This document shows positions 10,401-22,334 of a DNA stretch of 64,000 bases, in pieces; within the stretch, counting starts at the first letter, position 1, and each line of letters starts with the position of its first letter. The stretch lies in NCBI RefSeq assembly GCF_027921745.1, contig NC_079239.1, positions 2,728,001 to 2,792,000 of the forward strand, given 5' to 3'. The translations under genes were made by a program, and so were the position numbers. This DNA is from Schizosaccharomyces osmophilus. Taxonomy: Eukaryota. The notes under the pieces were generated by a model. It was not told the origin of the DNA. It was given only the letters and a program-made list of their open reading frames with translations, and ran no database searches.

Positions 10401-10649
10401 ATCCTTCAAAACGTTCAACGCAGAAGTTAGAATGAACAATGCTTGGTTGGAAAGACTACGTATATGGTATTCACGAGCAAATTTTGTCCACAAGTCCTTT
10501 CCAGCTTGTTCATTTGTTAATATTTCTACTAGTTCAGAGGCATCTTCTGGCAAACTTGCACAGTCAATTTCTACAGTCTGATCTTCTTGACCTAATAAAG
10601 GCACTTCAATAATTCGAGAGGCATGTGCATCTATAGTAAACCCCTCCAT
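7458..10649 (-). CDS. tpr1: Paf1 complex TPR subunit (Ctr9 ortholog)
   Basis: Many TPR repeats, IEVPL N-terminus, PDPRIGIGLCFW and NAHAAQGIA motifs, charged C-terminal tail; first ATG at 10649. Confidence 0.93.
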   Translation of the reverse strand: MEGFTIDAHASRIIEVPLLGQEDQTVEIDCASLPEDASELVEILTNEQAGKDLWTKFAREYHIRSLSNQALFILTSALNVLKDADSQCLLNANICSVYMHLVRHANWKKDNVARDQHLQNVRTYLEAANRLNPKLEANVLLHGIYRILLNPLDKDSLENSLRCFDFVLQRSEGNAFALIGKARILYSRGNFRGALKLYQRALVSSPQIQPDPRIGIGLCFWNLNMKEDAFGAWTRAKDLDQQNHFVNTYLGLYYYDLAFENVNSDRFLQYYGEALKYTQAAFKAMPSDPVASCILANYVYSKRSLDGCIKLANTVVQNSFSPSLVADGYFWMGRAYHQMQNYEKAMTCYQRARSVEDRHLLSFLGIGQIQILQNDLTSAKLTFERISEQHPKCAEALIILGCLYASESKSDFTKPRMLLDRAFNLIGSSKIPRVVDSDLYTTQARLWEKEDTRKSLSFLQRAHGFLKNAQITVHPELLNNIGVLNYHLGNFQEAKDYFSAARKENLDIGPEILLVLDFNLARCEEELGNNEVSIEIYTKLLDLQPSFADARVRLCLLQLANPQEETFKSIRQLMTTDADNLEVRAFFGWYLSKQKRRPAEDPEVRHCSQTLRHWHDDIYSLVQLGNAYMRQAREIRVQNDKDRSKHQKLYIKAVQSYDQAIKFDPKNAHAAQGIAVTFAQSRQFSKALLILGKIRESIKDVTTLINIGNCLAELKQFSRATEIFETVISIAGEDDVYGILNCLGRVWLQRGREEKRTDFLKESLKYSRMALEKNQENTSLQFNVAFVQFQLSELIYTQPENARTVEDLQFAIQELDDSVKTFSSLVTCKHPPYPPTDIEQRVKMATNTTRKRLERALQQQSEYQATVTAKLDEAKLNREKEKARRIAEEDALRKAREERERELDEERKRMQEEVLQWRKDQEKQIEEELSVASDPEDKSSGRKRKGERRKRKSSSKADKDADVVNEDDTDDDEIPLSDARNKLSKKRRKNKRVISEDYAFDESDNEQQPADSTEGQGENLFPSSPVNEPANGNYKSENELNNKNEGGLDNLFSDEENEPSPSS

Positions 10650-11769
10650 TGCATTTGAAGCTCTTTTAAAACGTTTGATCCTTTTCAAAGAAGCTAACGC
10701 AACGTTGAATGGAATTTCTTCTTCCAGCAAAGGTTGTCCTTGCACAGTCGTCTCTTCGAAACAGCAAATTGCGTACTTTCCATATTTCTTTAATGTAGAT
10801 ACCGATGTGTACTGCGCTATAAAGAACCATCGTGCTATGAAGTAAGTATAGACCTATTACGGGCAAACGTCGAAGATTCATGGATTTATAAATCATAAAT
10901 TATATTTATGAAAAGGAACATAAATTTTTAATAAATTTCCAAAGAAGCTTTCTATATGTCCCAAGCTTTATTTCATACTTTCAAATTTTCTTCATGTCCA
11001 ACTACTACCTTCGCGCTCCTTATGTTAATAAACACAATAATAAAATTGTAAAGTTCTGTATTTTTCTTATTCTGTTCCTTATTTTATATGGGGCAAAAAT
11101 AAAAATAAAAATAAGAATAAATAGAAATGTTTCATGTTACCAATGTTGATGAATGAAATGGCTTGAAACACGAAAGTCCTGCTCAATATTATCTGTTGAG
11201 TTGTGCCATGAAAATTTGCAAAGATACTTACAGAAATGAAATTACAAACAAAAACCCCCATTTGTGAATTGTCATTATAATTTCTTTTTATTATTTTATT
11301 CCTTATTCTTTTCATTTTGTATTTCTCAAGCTCGATGAATGATTACAGAACACTAGGATGAAATTAATGTCTTGCGTAAGATTTACGAAGGCACCAAAGT
11401 AAGGTAGGGAAACCGGGCGAGTTTTTCTCATAATGAAGCATCGACGTTTGCGTATATATAATATATATAGAGCCCTTGGCCTACGTACGTAGAAAATCCC
11501 CAAGCCATATAATTTTTTCCTGGTTTATAAAGTTTCGAAAATTGATTTATCATCCATAAAAGGCCTGTAATTAGGACTTTTGTTTCTTTTATACTTACCA
11601 GTTTTGTTTTGCTTTATTTTTTAGGACACCAATCTATCTGTTAGGACTAATTATCAATAACAAAACCAAATCTTTAATTGGTTATCACGTTTTCAGCTTG
11701 ATATATCAATTTGTTTAACTTAGTATCTTGGTTCTGTATTCCGTGTGATTCCACAATCTCGTCTTCATA

Positions 11770-12591
11770 ATGCAAATCACTCGTGAAACCAAATATATAC
11801 TTGGAAGCGTTTTGTCGTTAGGCATCAGCTTTTCTGCATTGTTAGCTCACGTTTTTTCGAGCCCATCTCTTCCATGGGTTTACAATCACAATGCTACCCC
11901 GTTTTTCGCAAATAAACTCATGCTGAGTGTCTACATTATTATTGAATACTTGTCCTTTCTCAGCATGAACATTCCTCTGTTGCTGCTTGGAGACCAGGTA
12001 AACGATTTTACCTTTTCTATTATTCACTCGTCAATTTGGTATAACCTCCTTCTCGTCTTGACGATAATATTGTTTGTGCGCGAAAAATTATATTGGACGG
12101 CCTTGTTGTCGCTGTTTTTGTTTTCCACGGCTTTCACCATGTACAGTCAATCTCTTCGCTTAAGAAACGGCGTCATTGAAATGTTTACTATGAAATTTCC
12201 TTCAAAACTTGTCTTTGGAAAATCACTTTGGTTTGTCGTCTATGCTTTCTCAGCCGCAGTCCACTGTCGAAGCATCGGGTGCCGTGTATTCTCTAACGTT
12301 TTCATTTGGTTTGTTGCCATTTTGTATTTAGCACCCATTTTGGGCTTCCATGATTGGGCTCTCTCTCTCATCAGCGCTTACTTGTTTGGTGCCATAGGTG
12401 TCGGCCAGCTTTTTATTCATTTGTTTGCCCTCCAACACATTTTTGCTTTCATCATTTCTGGTTTAATGGTTCTCTTTGCTGGTCTTTTGTTCCTTCTTCC
12501 TTACAGACAAAGACGTGCTTCTTTGACTGGCGAAAGCGCTCCACTTTTGCAAGATAATGCTGGTAGCGCCCCTGTTGGTGGTGCTGTTTGA
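11770..12591 (+). CDS. Conserved fungal multi-pass membrane protein (SPAC637.03-like)
   Basis: 273 aa, about 7 hydrophobic segments, C-terminal ESAPLL dileucine-like motif, synteny. Confidence 0.8.
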   Translation: MQITRETKYILGSVLSLGISFSALLAHVFSSPSLPWVYNHNATPFFANKLMLSVYIIIEYLSFLSMNIPLLLLGDQVNDFTFSIIHSSIWYNLLLVLTIILFVREKLYWTALLSLFLFSTAFTMYSQSLRLRNGVIEMFTMKFPSKLVFGKSLWFVVYAFSAAVHCRSIGCRVFSNVFIWFVAILYLAPILGFHDWALSLISAYLFGAIGVGQLFIHLFALQHIFAFIISGLMVLFAGLLFLLPYRQRRASLTGESAPLLQDNAGSAPVGGAV

Positions 12592-13249
12592 TGTTTTTAT
12601 GCCCCAAAAATGGGTACTCTAACCCAAATTTTGTTAAGTGTTTAACGCTTTGCCGTCTATAAATGTTACGATTTCATCGACATAATAGTAATAACCTAAG
12701 TTTGAAGAAACTGAATCACACGTCCTGTGATAAGTAGTGTAGGGTAAATGAACATTGAAAGTGAAAAATATCGTTCAAGAACATGAAAACGAAAATGCTA
12801 AGACTTTGATCTAGCACTGTTGGTTTCCATCCACATTTTCACAAACCTCCTTTGAGATGAAAGATGAAAGAAAACACGAGTCAAATAATAGAAACTGTAA
12901 GCTCTATCATCGTCCATTCATACGCAGTACAGCTGGATTTGTAAGGCTGGAATTTAGGATTAAAATTCTTCAGGCTTAAGGGCTAAGATAATTATACGAA
13001 AGAAAAATAAAAGTCACCTTAAACGATAACGATGAATAAAGATGCTAGAAAATAAATCAATCTCCAGCGTTTTTAGCAGTCAATCCAAAGCTTCCTAATA
13101 CCAACAAAACCTGTTTTCTGTTTTCAGTACCCAATGGCTTTCGTATTCAATACTAATAACCTACTAGAAATTTCTTTATACTGTGAAGCGGTAAACGTAG
13201 ATAAACATTATCTTTCAACTTCAACAATCTTTAAAACCATCGATTATAA

Positions 13250-14454
13250 GGTCAGCAGAGTCCCAATTTTGGATGGCTCTTTATGTTTTGGGATACAATT
13301 GACTATGTTTTCTCCATAGAAAGCACAAAGTGCAATCTTCATTTACATAAGGAATCTTACTCGTAGCAAAAATCACCTCCATCAAGAATATCTTAATATG
13401 GTTTGTTTCCACGTTTCAAATTTGATTCTTCACCAAATTTTTACTGAAACCCGTCGTTCCTCTTGGGGTGCGTAAAGACAGCGGATCCAATCTTTTGTTA
13501 AAGGCAGAATCTAATCATGCTTAAACAAAACAAAACAAGAGAAATTTATTGTTTCCTTCATCGTCCGTGATAGCAAACAAACCAACTTCCTTCTTAGGTA
13601 ATTTTCCCCAGCCATGCAATCCCAAGAACGCTAAGTCCATTGTGTACACCAACTTCTCAATAGAAATATCATTGTTTACTGCCTTTGTTCCAATCCGTGC
13701 AACCATAGCCCCATCCTCAGATATAATAGGAAAAGAGCATATGTTTATGGTAGTACTGAGCACTTGTAGCTTCATAGTAGTCAATTAATAACCTAATAGT
13801 TGACTTCGGATGAAATGAAAAATAAAATTATCTATCCATCCAACAAACCCGAGGTCATTAACTGTTGCATAAAAGTCTGATAGGTCATCACTGTACGATG
13901 TGACATTCATGTTCGGTGTGTTACAACAATTTCAAATCCTTTTCAATAGCCAACTCACGTTTTGCCATTAGTTCCTGGATTTTTGAAGGGATAATTGAGT
14001 AGCTGTTTTTAACAATTGTTGTCGATCTCACTCAGAAAGGAAGTGGGAAACTATCATAAACATGCAAGCTCAATTGATTGTGTGACTCGTATGTTCCAAA
14101 AGCAATTAAAGACGTAAAATCATAGGGTAGCAGACTTTTTCTTTAGCAACAAACAGCTCCGCAATAGGCCCATTATGCTCATAATGGATGGGTTCCCCAT
14201 GATTATGAACGTTTGATGAAACTACACTAAATGATGGATCATGTTTATCGTTGATGATGGAGAAGCGATTTGTCTGTTAATCGTTGAGGAGATCTAAAAC
14301 TTGTCCAGGCCCTGAATATTCTTTGTGCTACTGTAAAATAAGTAACCACCAGCTAAAGAGCTATTGTCAAAAAGAAATAATTAGACTTTTAAAAAAGATC
14401 CAACGTTCTTTGACAATTGCTCACCATTCGAGAACGTCTTGGGGCCTCGAGCAT
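13250..14454 (-). pseudogene. Possible decayed GT15 (Omh/Ktr alpha-1,2-mannosyltransferase)-like relic
   Basis: Fragments in shifting frames with many stops, in the expected order: N-terminal TM (~14325-14392), KSATL..., ITDDEGNN (13554-13571), DILDGGDFCYE (13360-13392), HPKLGLC (13255-13275). Spacing matches GT15 only loosely. Confidence 0.35.
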
Positions 14455-14855
14455 TACCTGTGTATTAAACAATGATATTGCAACGTTTGCGACTATAGAT
14501 GCCACTTAGGAGAAAAATCCAACTAAAAAAACAAATAGAACGATCCAATCAAAAAGGGCTAGGGAAAGAAAAACCGATTCCACATTCGATTAAAAAAGTT
14601 TGTATTCCTAGCGTCTCACATTCATTTCAGTTCAGTTACCATATCTGTGATGTAAAAAGCAAGAAATGTTTAGAGTAGAGACAAAACGTTTTAGCAAGCT
14701 GTATTGAAATTTGAGTTGGGTCAATTAATAGTCCAAGGTCAGAAATTTCGCGTTCAATGCAAGTTCCATGAATCGAATAGCTTATAACTTTTTGAGACGA
14801 ATCTTATCATGTCGCGCTAACTTTTTGTATGAGTCAACTAAGAAGCTTTCATTTT

Positions 14856-14857
<2 letters not shown>

Positions 14858-14890
<33 letters not shown>
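14858..14890. repeat. Poly(dT) tract, 33 nt
   Basis: Uninterrupted T run in the intergenic region upstream of ypp1. Confidence 0.95.
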
Positions 14891-14892
<2 letters not shown>

Positions 14893-15394
14893 TAAAAGCA
14901 GCTCATTCGGACTCAATGTAAACGTCTCATTGATTCCATTTTCGTTAGTCAAAACTATTAAATAGATTAAGTATACAAGGCAACGTCCTCAATCTGCAAA
15001 GGTACATCCCCAAGCTATTGGAAGTACACAATCAATCACTCTGGAAAACAATGCTGCGGTCAGCTTTTAATTAATCTTAAAAATTTTTATAAAGTACTCG
15101 TACTTTCATCATAATGACTTGCTCTCTGTAGCATTGCATCTTCTTAGTTTGTTTCTCTACTTTCCCGGACAACATCACTAGACATTAGGCCGAACCTACA
15201 ATTCACCAGATTAACTTCAATTCTCGAAATATTAAGCATATAGTTCTGCTTTTAAATTCTTCTATAATTTTTCATTTGCTGTTTTTCTGAGAGAAGTTTA
15301 TAGCTTTTTTACAGAAATACCTTCGTGAATTGCAACGTTTCGACACACTTCCCATTGTTCTCTATTGAACGAGCATTTTATATATACATTATAG

Positions 15395-18103
15395 ATGTTA
15401 TCGGTAATTTCCTGTTATTTTTTACTTATACATGTATCTAATTCAGTTCAGGCAAAAGCAAAAACATACGAATCAAAATTTGAAGAACATAGATGCAATG
15501 GAGAGTGGCAAGCTATTCCTGAGGCAGCCCGAAAACTGAACAAGCACTATCCTTCTAAATCATGTAAGTTTGCACTCATTTATACTGCTAACGACTTCGC
15601 TTTAGATATTTGTGATTTAGCTAGAATTGAAGCTGCGCTTCGTTTAGCCTTACAAGATGAACAAGAAAAGCGAATGGCAAATATTGATTTATCTTCCGTT
15701 GAAAACTGCTCCATCTTTATACCGACCCTTTCTACTGAACGTACAGATCCTCTTTTGCAACAGTTGAATCATTTGGGTACACAACGAGCTTCTGAAGAAG
15801 AGAAACTTCAAGAGATCCCTATTCGATTATTATTGTATATTTCAAGACATAACTTCCAGGATGCCGTGGATCTTGACTGGTCCCCAGATGGATTAAACTT
15901 ATCACCGGGCATTATTGGTATCAGCATATTACAAGCAACCATCCTTTCTTCGTTGGCTCACTTTTTCATATCTAATTATGAGGTTTCGTATCAGTACATT
16001 AGATCTGCTATTGGTATGATTCAGCGAGTCAGTGACAAGGATACCGTCCCTCTTGAATGGGCCAAATGGTGTGAACTTTGCTACGCCGTATACGCACAAA
16101 CTTCATCTATATCTAGGTAAGCGAGTCTATTTATGTACAAATTTTAACCTTTCAGTGCCAGTCAACTGGATAGAGCTTCGATTTTGGGTCTATGTTCAGA
16201 TTACTTTGCCTCTCACACAATAAGTGATCCCTTGACTCGTATCGTATATTTTAGGCAAATTTTGAAATTCTCTCACACATTATTCCATGAAAACAAGATC
16301 GACTCACCTATTTTTGAGAAAAGCCAAATTCAAAAGTTACATCTTCAAGACTTGACGTTTTCACTTGATTATGCTAAGTACTTACTCGAGTATACTTCGT
16401 TTCCAAGAGCAGGTGATCAGAACCTTTTAATTGCTGAGTATGTAGAATCAACGATGTCCATTTGGGTTAGTACGGGACAGCATTATACGCAAGCCGTGAA
16501 CCTGATAAATATATTATATAGATTGACAGAGAAATCTTTTCACTGTCAGCAAATATTTCGATCATTGGTGATTTTGTTGACTCATATAGAAGAGCACGAA
16601 GAAGCTCATCAAGCATTCCAGTTATATAAGTTTTTGTGCACCAAAGCACAGGAACGTAACTCCCGACAAAAAGCAACTAACAAGAGCTCATTATCTGACT
16701 TGAAGCCAATTTTTATTGATCCCGTGGGACAGATCATTCATATTGCTTCCTTGATGATTTCCGTTTATTCCCAATACTTAAATTCTCCTCAAAAAGTTAT
16801 CGAAACCTTAGACTTTATTATGAAGTTAAGTGCTGATAATGAATTCTTAGAAAACTCGCCCACGTTTACTTTAGTTCTTCATGCTAAAGGGGTGGCCAAC
16901 TCATTCCTCTATTACAGTACAAATGATCCCAACACTAGAGAAGAAAAGCATGAAGAAAGTATCTTCTGTTTTAAAAAAATTCTTGAAATTGAACCAGATA
17001 ATGAAACTGCTCTTTACCATTTAGCTATGCAGCTTGCAGAAAAGCGAGAAATTGTACCAGCTGTTGAGACTATCAGATATCTTTTGAAAATAGCACCTAA
17101 CTATAGTATATCGGCTTGGCATCTTTTGATATTGCTATTGTCATGTTCTGAACAATACGATTCAGCTCTTAAAATTGCTGATAGCGTTCTAGAATCCTGG
17201 AACATCAAAAAAAACTCTATAGATGGAAGTTACACGTTAGCAAATCCATCCGAAATCACTTTCATGAATCGTTGTGCTTTGATCGAGTTAATGATTACAA
17301 AGGTGGCACTTTACGAAGCTTTTGCGGGAGTCAAAGTGGCCATTGATCTTCAAGAAGAGCTTTTTACTTTCTTTGTAACTTTGTTTGATCTGAATGAATA
17401 TGGGAGTGCCACTCAAAAGCCACGTAACGCAATTTCCTCTAGTGACCGATTAGCGGCTGAAGAAACGGAATCAGAAAAAGGAAGCCTACTTACTTTTTCA
17501 AAGAGCATTTCCTCAAAGAAGCATGACTCAGACGCTGAACGGTTTGGCACGAACGATTATAGGGATGACTATAGAGATGTATTGCATGGACGCCGCTCTA
17601 ACACTATTTCTGCTTTTAATCAAAAATTATGGCTTACTGCAGCCAATTTATTTGTTAAGTCTAAACAATATGATCAAGCTCGTGGTGCCCTTTTAGAAGC
17701 AAAAAAGCTTAATGCTGACTCTCCTGGATTACATCTCGTTTATGGGTACTCACTTTTAGCACAAAACAGAGAGAAAGAAGCTGTGGAGCAGATTGAATTA
17801 GCTTTGTATTTAGATCCACATGATCCTATCATAGCAACAACTCTAGCCAAGGTTTTATTAACTTCTAAGGATGATACACGCAATTCTCGTGACCGTGCGG
17901 ACTCCTTACTTTCAGAAACCACATTACAATATGGATGGGATTTACCCGAAGCTTGGTTCTACTGTGCTGAATTGTATCAACATTTGGGTGACGAAAAGCA
18001 AGCAGCTTTTTGCTATGACTACTGTATACAACTATCTGATACGAATCCAATTAGAAGATGGAATAATGTCCAACCACGCTTCATGAACGTTAGCTCTCTT
18101 TAA
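15395..18103 (+). CDS. ypp1: Ypp1/TTC7-like TPR subunit of the PI4-kinase complex
   Basis: TPR protein ending in the ...DTNPIR motif; introns 15404-15451, 15564-15605 and 16117-16155 join the ORF pieces in frame; synteny. Confidence 0.85.
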
Positions 18104-18503
18104 AAAAAGGAAATATAAATTATTCATTCGTTTCAAAAGTGTCTTTTACTGCTTGTCCTAGTTAGTTATAAGAACTAACGTATTCACAAAGTTTTTAAGT
18201 AGGAAAAAAGGGTTCCGGTTGGATAGTATAAATAATAGTTTATAATTTAAAAATAGTGTATCCCTCTTGATCTTACTTCTGCTTTCATTTTTTATTGAAC
18301 ATAGATATTGGAAATTTCCTCAAAGATCTTTAAGTAAAGTTACAGTCAATTTTAAACCTGAATATTAAAAACTTATTGAAAAAAATGATAATTTAGAAAA
18401 ATTAGCTAAATTCTTAAGTATATTTATAAACAGCATTATATGAAGTAAATCCTTCATTGATCAACAAAATTAGAAGATAAACATAAGGGCTACGGAAAAT
18501 CTC

Positions 18504-20261
18504 TTAAGAATCTTCAGAGTTGTCAAGTACGTCTTTGGATGATCTAGTATAGTATTGATCCAGAATTTTCTTGGGAATACGTGTAAGCATTTCACGAGGG
18601 AAAATACGAAGAAGAGACCAAGCCAAGTCTAAAGTCTCAATAATGGAGCGGTTCTCATAGGCACCCTGCTTGACAAAGGTTTTCTCGAATTTACCCAAAA
18701 ACTCAAGGGCCAAACGATCTTCTTGAGATAAAGCCTCTTCACCGACTACAGATTTCATGGAAGCAGCATCACGACCGACAGCATACATCGCATAAAGTTG
18801 GTTGGAAACGTCGCCATGATCATTGCGGGTCATTCCTTCACCAATAGCAGACTTCATCAATCTCGAGAGTGAAGGTAAAACATTAATAGGAGGATAAATA
18901 CCATTATTCTGAAGTTGTCGGTCAACGAAAATTTGACCCTCTGTAATATAACCTGTCAAGTCTGGAATAGGGTGAGTAATATCTAAAAATTCGTGTTAGT
19001 TCCAGGTATGAAAAATAAATGTTTCTTTTATAAATAAAACAACATACCATCGTTAGGCATAGTTAAGATGGGAATTTGAGTTATAGAACCATTACGACCC
19101 TCAACACGGCCAGCACGCTCATAAATAGTTGACAAATCTGTATACATGTAACCAGGATAACCACGACGACCAGGGACTTCCTCACGAGCAGCAGAAACCT
19201 CTCGTAGTGCATCAGCGTAGGAAGTCATATCCGTAAGAATGGTAAGAACATGCTTTTCAGTTTGATAAGCCAAAAACTCTGAAGCTGTAAGAGCCAAACG
19301 GGGAGTAATGATTCGCTCAATGGTAGGATCGTTAGCCAAATTGAGGAAAAGTGTTACACGTTCAAGAGAACCGTTTTCTTCAAAATCACGCTGGAAGAAA
19401 CGGGCTGTTTCCAAGTTAACACCCATGGCGGCGAAAACAATAGAGAAGTTGTCTTCATGACCATCATGGACGTCTTTTGTGGGTCTTTTGACCAAATCAG
19501 CTTGACGACAAATTTGGGCAGCAATTTCATTGTGAGGAAGACCAGCAGAAGAAAAAATGGGAATTTTTTGACCACGAGCTATACTGTTCATACCGTCAAT
19601 AGAGGAAATACCAGTTTGAATCATTTCTTCTGGATAGATACGAGCATATGGATTGATAGGAGACCCATTGATGTCTAAATAGTCTTCGGCCAGCAAGCTG
19701 GGACCCTTATCGATGGGGACACCTGAACCGTTGAAAACACGTCCAAGCATGTCTTCAGAGACGGGGATTCGCATAGAATGTCCCGAAAAGTCTATGCTAG
19801 TCTTTCGGACATCGACACCAGATGTACCTTCGAAAACTTGAACGATGGCTTTCGAACCAGCGACTTCTAAAACTTGACCAGATCGAACAGATCCATCCTG
19901 CACCACAGAAGGTTAGATAAACAACAAATTTCATAATTACTTTCTCCAAATTTGTTAAATCCGTCTAAACAAATTGAAGTCTTCATTGAGCTCATACCGG
20001 TAAATTCAGGTTCACAATTTCATTATATTTTGGGCTGCGGATATTACTAAGATAAAGTTAGAGGCCTATGGACGCAAATAATTGCAGTTTCTCCTTTCAA
20101 TTGACTTACTCAAGGATCACCAAAGGACCAGTGATTGCATTCACAGTGCTGTACGATAGCTTAGGCTTGACAGAATAGTCCCTAAAGAATTAGCATTGTA
20201 TTAATTTACTTAATGCGTACTTGACAGCGGCAGCCGCATTCAGATCAAAGAGCGAAGTCAT
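18504..20261 (-). CDS. vma2: V-type ATPase V1 subunit B
   Basis: Highly conserved motifs ([59 protein letters not shown]); four introns; ATG at 20261 ([14 protein letters not shown]). Confidence 0.96.
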
Positions 20262-21056
20262 GATTTGGTTCTCTGGAAATTCACGCTCATCGGGCGTCAA
20301 GCTCGTATGGATCTTAGAAATAAGGAGGCGTTATGATAACCTTATCATTAATTAATGAAGTGTTGCCCGTCGCATTAAATTGCTTACAAACTCCAGTGAT
20401 TTATGCAAAACATAAATAACGTTTCTTTGTGTGTTTAGTACATGTTTGTATGACTGAATCGGTTTCAAAAGGAATAAAGGTTTTTGAAGTTGTATTTCAT
20501 TCTAATTCTTATAATTATTTTCCTTCTAAAATTTTGAAAATTCGTGCAAAAGAAGAACGAGTTTTCGATTCAAAGAACAGAGCATTTTGTCAACTTATAC
20601 CGGTCTAGTTAAATGCACTAAGCTGGGAAAGCTAGAATCAAACGAAAGAAGCATTCCGCGCATGAACAGATCAAGTATAGTGTTTAGCTCTGTACTGTCA
20701 TTTTTTTGGTCTTTTTTCGTTGTTTTTTTTTTTTAGGAGGTGGTTGCGACGAAGACCTAAGTAGCATATGGTGAAACGAATTTAGGAAATAAAAAATAAA
20801 TAAGACATAAAAACGAAAACATTTTTCGTTTTTTTTTTTAATTTATTTATTGTCATTTAAACCTATTTTTGGCGCGGTGGAACAGTACTTACACCAACCT
20901 TACCCTCTGTCCTACGTGCACTTCACCTCTGTCAAATCCCACAAAACTCCACACTGTTCAAGGAATCCTAAAACGTTTGCGGCAATCCATTGAGATTTGC
21001 TTGAATTCCTTCCGGAAAGTTTGTAAATTACAAAAACCGTCGAAATATTCAGGGAA

Positions 21057-22091
21057 ATGTGGAACCCAAAGAAAAAGTCAGAAGCTCTGGCAAAATTTAA
21101 ATCATTTCCTTATCCTAAACCAGGCACCTCGAATTTGTTAGATTCTGGCTCTAAGATATACACAAAAAGATCATTTTTGCAGAAAGTAGTGTTTTTCGTT
21201 ATTCTCGTGCTATGCTTCGGGTTTTTTTTTAAGCACCATTGGAGTTCGCAGTCTCACCGCGGTAAAGTGGTGATGATCGTTGCTGGTAATGACGGCGGTG
21301 GTGTTAAGGATGTAAAAAAGGCTGATGAATGGGTTTTGGAACATATTTCCAAGGGAAACAAAGAAGAATACGCGAAACGCCACGGATATGAGTTAATTTA
21401 TAAGAGCGAAGGATTGAAACGTCGATATGCTCATGAATGGCGAGAATCTTGGGAAAAAGCAGACTATATACTTGAAGCCATGGAAAAGTACCCCAATGCT
21501 GAATGGTTCTGGTGGTTGGATTTAACTACCTACATAATGGAGCCTCAATATTCTATTGAGAAACATATTATTAATCGTCTTCCAAAGATTGCTATTCGTA
21601 ACATCACTGATCCTATGGAATTTAATCCTCGTAGTTACAAGCAAATTCCTTTTGAGGATTATTCCGATGATATCAGCTTTATCATGGGCCAGGATTGCAA
21701 TGGCTTCAGTCTTGGTTCTTTTATAATCCGTCGCAGTGAATGGTCGAAGCGACTTTTAGATTTCCTATGGGATCCTGTCGTTTATGGAAAAAAACATACT
21801 GATTGGCCGCATGACGAACAAAATGTGCTTGAATACTTCTACGAGCATAACGCTTGGTTACGTGGTGGAATGGCCTTTGTTCCTTTACGAACATTGAACG
21901 CTTATACTACAGGCGCTTGTGAAGCCGATAGTAGCAATCCCCGATTTTTCTATAATCAAAAGCAGAGGGACTTTTTGGTCAACTTGGCTGGTTGTAATTA
22001 CGGAAGAAATTGCAAGGAGGAAATCCAGCAGTATCAATCCATCCAGGGAAGGCGATCTGGTTTCTCAAAACTATTCTCTCTCTTTTTTTAA
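21057..22091 (+). CDS. gmh5: Alpha-1,2-galactosyltransferase (GT34, Gmh family)
   Basis: Type II TM, NKEEYAKRHGY, SWEK, PNAEWFWWLD and QDCNGFSLGSF motifs; synteny. Confidence 0.85.
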   Translation: MWNPKKKSEALAKFKSFPYPKPGTSNLLDSGSKIYTKRSFLQKVVFFVILVLCFGFFFKHHWSSQSHRGKVVMIVAGNDGGGVKDVKKADEWVLEHISKGNKEEYAKRHGYELIYKSEGLKRRYAHEWRESWEKADYILEAMEKYPNAEWFWWLDLTTYIMEPQYSIEKHIINRLPKIAIRNITDPMEFNPRSYKQIPFEDYSDDISFIMGQDCNGFSLGSFIIRRSEWSKRLLDFLWDPVVYGKKHTDWPHDEQNVLEYFYEHNAWLRGGMAFVPLRTLNAYTTGACEADSSNPRFFYNQKQRDFLVNLAGCNYGRNCKEEIQQYQSIQGRRSGFSKLFSLFF

Positions 22092-22334
22092 CCGATTTAT
22101 GCATGTTTTCTTTAGTCGTTCTTTTAAAAATCTGTTCTCTGCATCCCTAATCGATTTTTATCTATCTAGCGCCATTTCCAATTTGCTAAACTAAGATCCT
22201 TTTGAAATATTTTATGTAGGGAAGTTATGGGTTCGGGAAATGTACCCATAGATATGTATATGAGCCATATATAATTCTGGAATTTATGTTGATTTATTAG
22301 TTGGAGAGTTTAAATTACTTGTTTTATTTCGTTG

